This document shows positions 51,415 through 62,400 of a stretch of DNA of 64,000 nt, one piece after another (positions within the stretch are counted from its first letter, which is position 1; each line of letters starts with the position of its first letter). The stretch lies in assembly GCA_965203515.1 (NCBI GenBank), contig OZ241907.1:3584001-3648000 (forward strand), read 5' to 3'. The notes beneath the pieces were generated by a model. It did not search any database and was not told where the DNA came from. It saw only the letters and a list, made by a program, of their open reading frames with translations. A program made the translations under genes and the position numbers. This DNA is from Spirochaetia bacterium (lineage in GTDB: Bacteria > Spirochaetota > Spirochaetia > SZUA-6 > Bin103).

Positions 51415-51881
51415 GCGGCGAGCGGAGCGGCGGCGCGCTGGCGCTGTCGTGGACCTGCACCGCCTGCGGCGCGGCAAACCGGTCGCGGCCGGCGGTCGGC
51501 GGCGTGGCGTGCGATCGGTGCGGGAAGGCGGTCGCCGTGGAGGAACCGCACCGTCAGCTCCGCCGGTGCGCGGTCTGCGCTTCGACGCGGCTCTACCGGC
51601 AGCGCGACTTCAACCGCTTCCTGGGACTGGCCGTGGTGGTCGCCGGCGCGGCGCTGGTGCCGTTCACCTATGGGATCAGCCTGCCGGTGGTGTTCTTGAT
51701 CGATCTGATCCTCTACCGGCGCGTGGCCGAGATGGCGGTCTGCTACCTCTGCCGCGCCGAGTATCGGGGCATCGAGGTGCCGGCGCGCATCCTGCCGTTC
51801 CGCCACCACTTGGCAGCCGGCTACGAGAAGCGGCGCGAGCGCTGGCTGGAGCAGGCCGGGCGGCGCTCCGAACGCCGGTAA
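51411..51881 (+). CDS. hypothetical Zn-ribbon membrane protein
   Basis: CxxC x4, LYRQRDFN, TM hairpin, CYLCRAEYRG; GTGA overlap. Confidence 0.72.
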   Translation: MSGERSGGALALSWTCTACGAANRSRPAVGGVACDRCGKAVAVEEPHRQLRRCAVCASTRLYRQRDFNRFLGLAVVVAGAALVPFTYGISLPVVFLIDLILYRRVAEMAVCYLCRAEYRGIEVPARILPFRHHLAAGYEKRRERWLEQAGRRSERR

Positions 51882-51948
51882 GACGCCCGGCGGTATTCCG
51901 GCCGCTCCCGGTGAACGGCGGGATGACCGATCTCCTCGGGGCGTGTCG

Positions 51949-52232
51949 TCAGGTCCCGTCGCCTGCCGCGGCCGCGCCGTTGGGGCGGCTCTTGAGCTGC
52001 CGGTACTTCTGCTCGCCGATCCCGGTCGCCCGCTCGATCACCGACCAGTCAGGTCGGAAGCGGAGTCGCGGAGGTCCGGGGTGACGAAGGAGGCGGGGTG
52101 GCGCTTGAGCGTGGGCCAGTCCAGCGAGCGACGGAGCCGCGGGGGCAGCCGGGTTTGCAGGAATGACGCGGCTTCCGCCGGTGCGCCGAACACGCGCTTG
52201 AACAGGTGGTCGTGGGGCTGGTGGATGGCCAT
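51949..52232 (-). pseudogene. internally deleted YhgA-type rpn remnant
   Basis: MAIHQPHDHLFKRVF...SFVTPDLRDSASDL fused out of frame to DWSVIERATGI...*. Confidence 0.75.
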
Positions 52233-52369
52233 GCCCCATACCACGGGCCGGCCGTCTGTGGCGCTTCAACGCACGGCGGTTACGGGTTACGGCCGCCGAA
52301 TCGCGCGGCGGCCACCTCCCGGTCGGTGAGCGCCCCGGGTCGATGTCCGTTTCCAGAGGAGGTGGAAGA

Positions 52370-53317
52370 TCAAGGTCGGACCTCGCTACCCCCCCCCCCC
52401 CCCCCCCCCCCCCCCCGGGGGCCGGGTGGCCCTTTCCGGCCGGGATCGAAGCAGGTTGCGATTTCGTCCTGCAGCCAGGCGCGGAAGGCCATGACGTCGG
52501 GCCGGCCGCGCAGAAGGGCGGGTATCAGCAGCCAATAGGAATCTTCGCTGGCCATACTCTCGGCGATGGGGCGCACCAGGCGTCCTTCATTCAGATCGTC
52601 ATGGGCGAGCACGGTGTCGGTGATGGCCACGCCGAGGCCTTTGCGCGCGGCTTCGTAGATCAACGTCTGGCTGAACCGCGGGCCGGCGGTGGCGTCGATG
52701 CCATCGATGCCGACGGCCCTGAGGAAGGTGGACCAGTCCGCCCAACCCCAACCTTTCGGGAGCCGTTCATGGTGCAGGAGGGTAGCCCCCGCCAAGCTGA
52801 AGTTGCCGGCGACCTGCTTGCTGCATACCGGGAAGAACTCCACGTCGGCCAGCTTTTCGGCGTTCGGGTCGTCTTGGAACCGCCCCCAGTCGATGGTCAG
52901 CGCGATGTCGGGCGACGTCTTCGCGGTGAGGATGTCGTGGACGATGACGTTGGTGCCGGGCGCCGCAAAATGTCTGAAAGCGCTCAAGCGCGGCATCAGC
53001 CATGCCAACGCGAAGATCGGCGGAACCCTGACGATGATGGTCTCGCGGTCCGAGGAGCGCTGCAGTCGTTCGACCGTCTTCCGTATCTGCGCGAACGCGG
53101 GAGCCAGTCCCTGCCACAGGTGCTCGCCGATGCTGGTGAGGCGCACGCCGCGGCCGTCCTGGCTGAAGAGCGGTTGGCCAAGATCGCGCTCCAGCGCCCG
53201 TATCTGGCGGCTGACCGCGCTGGGAGTGACGAACAGCGCGTGCGCGGCGGACGTCACCGAGCCGAGCTGGGCGACGGTCACGAAGGCGTGCATGGCATTG
53301 AGCGAGGGCAGGCTCAT
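52370..53317 (-). CDS. LysR-family regulator (GcvA-like)
   Basis: LPSLNAMHAF, TPSAVSRQIRALE, WLMPRL, GLGVA, GRLVRP. Confidence 0.92.
   Translation of the reverse strand: MSLPSLNAMHAFVTVAQLGSVTSAAHALFVTPSAVSRQIRALERDLGQPLFSQDGRGVRLTSIGEHLWQGLAPAFAQIRKTVERLQRSSDRETIIVRVPPIFALAWLMPRLSAFRHFAAPGTNVIVHDILTAKTSPDIALTIDWGRFQDDPNAEKLADVEFFPVCSKQVAGNFSLAGATLLHHERLPKGWGWADWSTFLRAVGIDGIDATAGPRFSQTLIYEAARKGLGVAITDTVLAHDDLNEGRLVRPIAESMASEDSYWLLIPALLRGRPDVMAFRAWLQDEIATCFDPGRKGPPGPRGGGGGGGGGSEVRP
52389..52416 (+). repeat. poly-C homopolymer (28 nt)
   Basis: Direct count; reads as poly-Gly in the LysR tail. Confidence 0.9.
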
Positions 53318-53449
53318 CAGCGTTCGATCCGTGAGTTTTTGGCAACCGTCGTCATCATAGAAATCAGTTGACCGTCGTTTCGCAACTCCGTAAATCCCCC
53401 TTTGCAGTAGTAGTTACTAGAATTTGTAGCGAAATGGCGAATTGTGGAG

Positions 53450-56400
53450 ATGAAGCGGCGCGTGACCGGGACAACCGATGGCACGCTCCTTGCTATGGGA
53501 GTGGCGGTACTGGCGCTGCTGTCGTCTGCGCTGCCGGCCGCGGGGCAGACCGGCCCGCCGGCGGTGACCGGCACGGCGCCGTCGTTCGGGACGGCGACGG
53601 TGGAGAGCAGGCTCTACGACACCGGCACGGCGATCACGCCGATCGTGCTGCCGGAAGCGACCGGCGGCGACGGTACCGTGAGCTACACCCTCGCGCCGGC
53701 CAAGCTGCCGCGGGGCCTGACCTGGACCGCCTCGACCCGCACCATCGCGGGCACGCCGGCGGCGGTCACGGCCGCCGCCACCTACACCTGGACGGCGACG
53801 GACGCCGACGGCGACACGGCGACCCTCACCTTCTCGATGCGGGTCTGGGCGCCCGCCGGGCCGGCGATCGACCGCGTCGAATTGCTCGTCCCTGCCGTGA
53901 ACCAGGTCCCCATTCACAACTACCGGTCCGGGCAGACGATACATCTCCTGGTCCGGTATCCCGAGAAGATGGCCGTCACCGGAACGCCGCAGCTCACGCT
54001 GGTCATCGGCGACAAGCAGCGCAAGGCCGGTTACGACGCCACCCGGACGGCCGGTTTGCGGCGGCTGCAGGCGGACGCGACCTACGACCGACTGTTCTTC
54101 GCCTATACGGTGCGGCCCGATGACTTCGACGGCGACGGCATCGCCGTCCCGGCGGACGCGCTGAGCCTGAACGGCGGGACCATCCGGGCGGCGGACGATG
54201 CCGCCGACGCCAAGCTCAGCCTGGGGACGCACGCGATCGCGAGCGGCGACGCGACCAGCGTCAAGATGCGGGTGCGGGACACGGCGCCCTCCTTCTCCGG
54301 TGCCGCTTCCGCCGCCAACCGGTCGCTGGCGAAGGACGCGGCGACGGCCACGACCCTGCCCCTGGCCACCGGCGGCGACGGCGCGCTGACCTACCGCATC
54401 TCCCCGGCGCTGCCCCGGGGCCTCTCGCTGGCGAGCGCCAGCCCGAAGATCACCGGGACCCCCACGGTGGCGGGCGCGACCACGCACACGCTGACGGCGA
54501 CCGACGCGGACGGCGACCGCGCCGCCCTCGGCCCGTTCACGGTCACGGTGGTGGACGGCGCGCCGGCGGTCTCCGGCGTCGCCATCGTCTCGAAGCCTTA
54601 CGCCAACGCCACCTACGGGCTGGGGGAGGTCATCCGGGCCGCGGTCTCCTTCGACCGGAACTTGACGTGGACCAACATATCGCGGTCCAGGTTGTCGCTG
54701 GACGTCGGCGGGAACACGCGAGAGGCCCGCTACCAGCGATTCCTCGGCAATGCCCTGTTCTACGAGTACACCGTGCAGGCGGCGGACCGCGACGCCGACG
54801 GCATCGGCATCGGCACGGACGCGCTGGCGCTGAACGGCGCCACCATCACCGACAGCGCGACCGGCGTGCCCGCGGTGACGGTGCTGGGAACCCACGCCGT
54901 CGCCAACGCCGCGGCGCACAAGGTGGACGGCTCGGTGGCCACGCCCCTGGCCGTGAAGTCGGTGAGGATCGAGAGTTCTCCGGCCAGCAGCGACGGCTAC
55001 GACGTGGGCGAGGTCATCAAGGCGCGGGTCACCTTCTCCCGGCCGGTCCGGATCAACGGGTCGCCGCGGCTGGCGCTGACCATCGGCGCCAACACGCGCC
55101 AAGCGGCGGCGGGTCCGTACTCCGGCCCGGCGACCCAACTGTATTGGGACTCCATGCTGTTCAGCTATACGGTCACCGCGCAGGACCGGGACTCGAACGG
55201 GATCGGCATCGGCGCCTCGGCGCTGACGCTGAACGGCGCCACCATCCGCGACGCCGGCGGCGCGACCCCCTCCCTCGGCCTCGGCACCCGCGCCATCGCC
55301 GACGATTCCGCTCACAAGGTCCACACGCCGCCGCGGATCGCCGGCGTGTCGATCATCTCCGGCCCCGGCGCGAACGGCACCTACGACGCCGGCGAGACGA
55401 TCACCGTGGAGTTCTCCTGGTCGGAGCAGGTGATCTTCGGCGGCGGGAACGGAGGGGAGCCGCAGGTGGCGTTGACCATCGGCGCCAACACGCGGCGGGT
55501 GCATCGGGACCAGGCGGCCGTCAGCAGGGGCCACTGGTATCGCTACAGCTACACCGTGACGGCGAGCGATCAGGACCTCGACGGCATCAGCGTCGGCGCG
55601 AACGCGCTGACCCTGCCGGCCGGGGTCCGTCTGTACGCCCTCAACGACAACGAGCGTGCGGACCTCTCGCTGGGGACCCACGCCATCACGAACGACTCCG
55701 GCCACACGGTGCGGGACTCGCAGCCGAGCTTCGCGGCCGCGGCGGCGCGGCGCTACCTGCTGAACGCGGCGGTGAGCGACCAGTTGCCGGCGGCGGCGGG
55801 CGGCGACGGGACGGTCGCCTACACGCTGACCGGGCCGGGCGCGGCCACCTCGCTCTCCCTGCCCGACGGCCTGGTCTGGAGCGCCGCCACGCGCACGATT
55901 TCGGGCACGCCCACCGCCGCGGCGGCCGCGGCCTCCTACACGCTGACCGCCACCGACGGCGACAGCGACAGCGCGGCCTACGTCTTCGCCCTCTCGGTGA
56001 CCTCCGATCCGGTGGTGAGCGGCGTGCGCATCACCTCCAGCCCGGCTTCCGGCGGCGCCTACCGGGCCGGCGAGACGATCACCGCGGAGGTGACCTTCGA
56101 CCAGACGCTGACGGTCACCGGAACGCCGCGCCTCGCCATCGCCGTTGGGGCCGCCACGCGCCAGGCGTCGGGCAGCCACACGGCCGGCGAGAGCAGGATT
56201 TCGTTCAGCTACACCGCGGCGACCGACGACAAGGATACCGACGGCATCTCCATCGCCGCCGGCGCGCTGACGCTGAACGGCGCCACCATCCGCAACGCCA
56301 AGGGGGAGGACGCGCGGCTCGGGCTCGGCGCCCACGCCGTCGCCGCGCAGACCGGCCACAAGGTCTCCGCCCCGCCGCGGGTGACCGGGGTGCGGCTGCT

Positions 56401-59400
56401 CACGACGAACCTGCGGTGCTGCTGGGGCGTCCGGCCGGCCGGCTGGGAGGATTCCCGGCAGACCGACGAGAACCTGTACCCGCCGAGCCTGGTGCTGGCC
56501 GCGGTCACCTTCGACCAGGTCGTCACCGTCACCGGCGCGCCGAACGTGGCGCTCACCATCGGCGCCAACACCCGCCAAGCGACCTGGAACGCGTTTCTCA
56601 GCCGGCTCCTCCACCCCACCGCGAATCCGCACGGCGCCGAGGACATCAACGTCATAGCCTTCTACTACGAGCTGCAGGCGTCGGACTTCGATGGCGACGG
56701 CATCGGCGCCGCCGCCAATGCGCTGACGCTGAACGGCGGGACGATCCGCGACGCCGAGGGTGAAGACGCGGCGCTCGGCCTCGGCAGCCACGCCATCGCC
56801 AATGAGGCGAGACTCCGGGTGGCGGACACCGCGCCCTCCTTCGCCGCCGCGGAGGACCGGCGCTACCTCCTGAACCTGCGGGCCAACGACCGGCTGCCGG
56901 CGGCGACCGGCGACGGCGCGCTGACCTACGCGCTGACCGGGCCGGGCGCGGCCACGACGCTCTCCCTGCCCCGGGGCCTGTCGTGGAACGCCGCCGCGCG
57001 TACCATCTCGGGCACGCCGACCAGCGCGGCGGCCGCAGCCGCCTACGTCCTCACCGCCACCGACGCCGACGGCGACACCGGGACGCTGGTCTTCGCCATC
57101 TCGGTGGTGACGGATCCGGTGGTGAGCGGCGTGAGCGTCACCTCCAGCCCGGCCGTCGGCGACGCCTACGCCGCCGGCGAGACGATCACGGTCGACGTGA
57201 CCTTCGACCAGCCGGTGACGGTGACCGGCGCGCCGGAACTGGCGCTCACCATCGGCAGCAAGCTCCGGCAGGCGACGGTAAGCCCTGCTGCCAACGGGCG
57301 CGCGGTTTCGTTCAGCTACCCGGTGGCGACCGACGACCGCGATACGGACGGCATCTCCATCACCGGCAGCGCGCTGACGATCGCCGGCGCGACCATCCGC
57401 AACGCCAAGGGCGAGAACGCGCGCCTCGGGCTGGGCGGCCATGCCGTCGTCGGCGCCGCCGGCCACAAGGTCTCGACGCCGCCCCGCGTCGCGCAGGTGA
57501 ACCTCTACACGACCGATCTGAAGTGCTGCTGGAGCACGCATGACGCCGGCTGGGCGGACCCGCGGCAGACGGAGCGCAACCGCTTCGCCCCCGCCGTGGT
57601 GTGGGCGGCGGTGACGTTCGACCAGGCGCTGGTGCGCGCCGGCACCGGCCGGCCGAGCCTGGCGCTCACCATCGGCGGCGCGACCCGGCAGGCGGCCTTC
57701 GACCGCTACCTGAGCCGCCAGACCGCGCGGATGCTGGGCAAGAGCAACAGCCAGGTGCTCGCATTCTTCTACACCCTGCAGCCGTCGGACTTCGACGGGG
57801 ACGGCATCGGCGTGGCGGCCGGCGCGCTGACGCTGCCGGCGGGCACGACCCTGCGCGACGCGCAGGGCGAGGCGGCCGTGCTCGGCCTTGGCACCCACGC
57901 CATCGCCAACGACCCGAACTATCGGGTGGCGGACACCTCGCCCTCCTTCGGCACGGCGGCGGTCCGGCCGCAGCACTGGGTGGTCGGGACCGCTGCGTCG
58001 CTCACCCTGCCGGCGGCGGCCGGGGACGGCGCCGTCTCCCACGCGCTCACCCCGGCGCAACGGCCGTCCTGGTTGAAGTTCGATGCCGCGACCCGCGTGC
58101 TGTCCGGCACGCCCCCGGCGGCCGCGGCGGCCGCGGCGCGCACCGGCTACACCTGGACCGCGACCGACGTCGACGGCGACTCGACGGCGTTGACCTTCAC
58201 CCTCACCGTGGCCGCGGCCAACGCGCCGAAGGTCGCGGAGGTCAAGTTCCTCTCCAGCCCGGCGGCGCATGCCATGTACGCGCCGGGCAGCGCGATCGAG
58301 GCGGGGGTCAAGTTCGACAAGCCGGTGAGCGTGAGGGGTACGCCGACCCTGGCATTGGACGTCGGCGGCGCGGCGCGGCAGGCAAACTACACCGCGCTGC
58401 GGAACGGCTACTTGGTGTTCTCCTACACCGTGCGGCAGGCGGACTACGACACCGACGGCGTGAGCATCGGCGCGGGCGCGCTGGCGGCGCCCGCCCGCGG
58501 CGGCATCTTCGACAAGGCCAACGCCGCGGTGGCGGCGCTGGGTCTCGGCTCCCACGCCATCGCCAACGCCAGCGGCCACAAGGTGGGCAGTCCGCCGCGG
58601 GTCACCGGCGTGAGCATCCATTCCACGCCGCCGCAGGCGGGCACATATACCAGGGGCTCGACGGTCACGGTCCAGGTCGACTTCGACCAGACGGTGACGG
58701 TGACGGGCACGCCGCAACTGGCGTTGACGATCGGCGGCGCGACGCGGCAGGCGAGCGCCATGGCGGAGAGCGGCGCGGGCGTGAGCCGCTCCCGGGTCCG
58801 CTTCTCCTACACCGTGGCGGCGGCCGATGCGGACACCGACGGCCTGGGCGTCGCCGCCGCGGCGCTGACCCTGAACGGCGGGGCGATCCGCGACCTCGAC
58901 GGGCAGGACGCCGTGCCCGGTCTGGGCAGCCACGCGCGGACCGCCTTCGCCAACGCCAAGGTGGACGGGAGCAGGACCGGCCTCTGGCCTGACTTCGGCT
59001 CGGCGGCCAGTCCCGCGCTCTCCCTGATTGCGGGAACGACGGCGACCCACGCGCTGCCGACCGCGGCCGGCGGCGATACGCCGCTGCGCTACACCGTTTC
59101 CCCCGGGCTGCCCGCCGGGCTGAGCGTGAACGCCTCCACCGCGGTCCTCTCCGGCGCGCCCCGGACCGAGAGCCCGCAAACCGATTACACGCTGACGGCG
59201 ACCGACGCCAACGGCGACGCCGCGACGCTGGCCTTCACCCTCAAGGTGTTGGGCAGCCGGCCGGTGGTAAGCGGCGTGTCGATCGCCTCCACGCCGCTTG
59301 CGGGGGACACCTACGGCGCCAGCGAGGTGATCCTGGTCGACGTGACCTTCGAGCGCACGGGCACCGGCGCGATGACGGTGCGCGGCGCGCCGCGGCTGGC

Positions 59401-62400
59401 GATCGCCGTCGGCGCCGCCGCGCGGCAGGCGTCGTTCCTCTCCGTCTCCGGCGCGACGCTGCGGTTCCGCTACACGGCGCAGGCCGAGGACCGGGACACG
59501 GACGGCATTGCCGTCGCCGCGGACGCGCTGGCGCTCAACGGCGGTCTGATCCGCGACGCCGCGAGCAACAACGCGATCCTCGGCCTTGGCCGCCATGCCC
59601 TTGCCGCGGCGCCGGCGCACAAGGTGGACGGCAGCGCCGGCCGCGCCCCGGCGGTGGCCGGAGTGCGGATGATCTCGGCGCCGGCGAGCGGCTTCGTCTA
59701 CACGCTGGGCGAGACCATCGAGGTGGCGGTGCGCTTCGACCAGGCGGTCGGCGTCTCGGGGACGCCCAACCTGGCGCTGACCCTCGGCTCGGCCACCGCG
59801 CGGGCGGCCTGGAACCGCGCCGGGGCGAGCCCGACCACGCACATCTTCCGCCACGTGGTGCAGGCGGCGGACCGGGACGCCGACGGCCTCTCCATCGGCG
59901 CGAGCGCGCTGGCGCTGGGCGGCGGCACGATCCGCAACGTCCGCGGCAGGGACGCGGCGCTCGGCCTCGGCAGCCACGCGCTGGGCAATCAGAGGGCGCA
60001 CAAGGTGGACGGATCGAAGAATCCGGCCCCGCTGGTGACCGGCGTCTCCCTCCGCTCCTTCCAGCGGGACGGCTGGTACGACCACGGCGAGGTCGTCGAG
60101 GCGCGGGTGACGTTCAACAAGGCGGTGACGGTGACCGGCAGCCCGCAACTGGCGATCGCCATCGGCGCCACCACGCGGCAGGCGTCCTTGCACGCCGCGA
60201 GCGGCGCCCGCGTGGACTTCCGCTACACGGTGCAGGACGGCGACCACGACACCGACGGCCTCTCCATCGGCGCGGGCGCGCTGGCGCTCAATGGCGGGAC
60301 GATCCGCAACAACGGGGTGGACGCGGCGCTCGGCCTCGGCAGCCACGCGCTGGGCAGTCAGGCGGCGCACAAGGTGGACGGCCGCATGGCCAAGGTGACG
60401 GGCGTCACCATCGAAACCACTCCGGCCGGCAGCGCCGGCTACGGCGCGGGCGAAGAGATCCGGGTACGGGTCGATTTCGATCTGGCACTCGGCAACTATC
60501 AAGGCTCCAGGCTGGCGCTGACCATCGGCGACGACACGCGCCAGGCCACCTTCGCCTACGCCCGCAGAGACCACGGCCTGCCGGTGGGCAACCGGAACCG
60601 GTTGTACTACACCTACACGGTCCGGACGACGGACCGGGACGCGGACGGCCTCTCCATCGCGGCGAACGCGCTGAGCGGAACCATCCGGCGGCGGGACGGC
60701 AACCCGGCGCGGATGGACCTCGGCAGCCACGCGCGGGGCGCCCAGGCGGCGCACAAGGTGACCGGCGCGGTGGTGACGCCCCGTGTGACCAGTATTTCCA
60801 TCAACGGTCCGCTGAACGGCGTCACCTTCGGGCTCGGGGAAAAGATCATGGTGACGCTCGAGTTCAACGCGCCGGTCGCCGCGTCGCGGGGGGCGCATCT
60901 GGCGCTGACCGTGGGCAACGCCACGCACCGGCTGAACGCCCTCGGCGTGGGAAACCGCATCTACAAATCGAATTACGGATTCAGGTACGTGGTACGGGCG
61001 TCCGACCGGGACGCGGACGGCATCGGCATCGCCGCCGACGGGTTGACGCTTCCCCAGGGCGGAACCCTGCGCAGCGCGGTGGGGGTGGACGCGGCGCTCG
61101 GCCTCCCCGCGGCGCCGGTGCGCATAGTGGACGGCAGCCACAACCCGCCGGCGAAGGGGACTCCGGTGCTCGCCGGCAGGGCGCGCCACGACACCTTCCG
61201 CGCGGGCGAATCCTTCGACGTCGTGGTCTTCTGGTCCAAGCCGGTGACGATCACCGGCACGCCGACCCTGGCGATGCAGGTGGGCAGCGTCACGCGCCGC
61301 CTCAGGCTGGTGAGCGGCGGCGGGACGCAGGCGGTCTTCCGGTACACGGTGCGGCATGACGACCGCGACCCGGACGGCGTGAGCATCGCGGCCGACGCGC
61401 TGCGCCTGGAGGGCGCCAGCATCACGGGGCCGGGCGGCAAGGCGGCGGAGCTCCGCCTCACCAAGTCGATCGTGAACGACGCTTCCTTCAAGATCGGCAG
61501 CGCCGCGCGGCCGACGCCGACCTTCGGCGCGGCGGTGGTGCCGGCCCGGGACTGGACGGTGGGCGTGCCGGTGAACTTCACGCTGCCGCCGGCGACCGAC
61601 GGGAGCGGTACGCTGCGCTACACGCTGCTCGGGCCGTCCGGCATGCCGGGCCAATATCGGCCCGCCTATCTGTGGCTGCCGCCCGGGCTGCGCTATACCG
61701 CCCCGGCCAACCACACGCTGAGCGGCGGCACGATCAGCGGCACGATCAGCGGCCACACGCCCACGGACGATGACATGAACGGGCACACCTGGCGGCTGAC
61801 GGCCACGGACGCCGACGCCGACACGGCGACCCTGGACTTCCTCGCCCGGATCGTTCCCGACCGGACGCCGAGCTTCGGCGACGCGGCCATCGACGACCAG
61901 ACGTGGATCGAGAACGCGGCGATCACCGCCTTCGACCTGCCGGAGGCGACCGGCGGCAACGGCGACCTCACCTACACGCTGGCGCCGGCGCTGCCGGGCG
62001 GGGTGTCGCGCGCCGGGCGGCGGGTGAGCGGCGCGCCGGGCGCGGCCATGGCGCGGACGCAATACACCTGGACGGCGACGGACGCCGACGGCGACCAGGC
62101 TGCGCTGACCTTCCACGTCACGGTGGCCGCGGACCGCGCGCCCAGCTTCGGCGAGGCCACGATCTCCGACCTGTCCTGGCTGCAGGGCTCGCCCATCACC
62201 GAGGTCACCCTGCCCGAGGCGACCGGCGGCAACGCTCCGCTCACCTACGGGATCGCGACCCCGGGATCGACGCAGGTAGGGACGCAGGGGCTGCCCCAGG
62301 GGATCGAGCTCGACGGGCGCGTGCTGAAGGGCACGCCGACCGAGGTCCAGGAGTCGTCCGACGTCGACTACGCCTGGCTGGTGGTCGACGCGGACGGCGA

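Noticed and set aside
52343..53371. Plus-strand poly-Pro ORF as an adhesin N-terminus
   Set aside because: Antisense to LysR, with no signal peptide after the tract.
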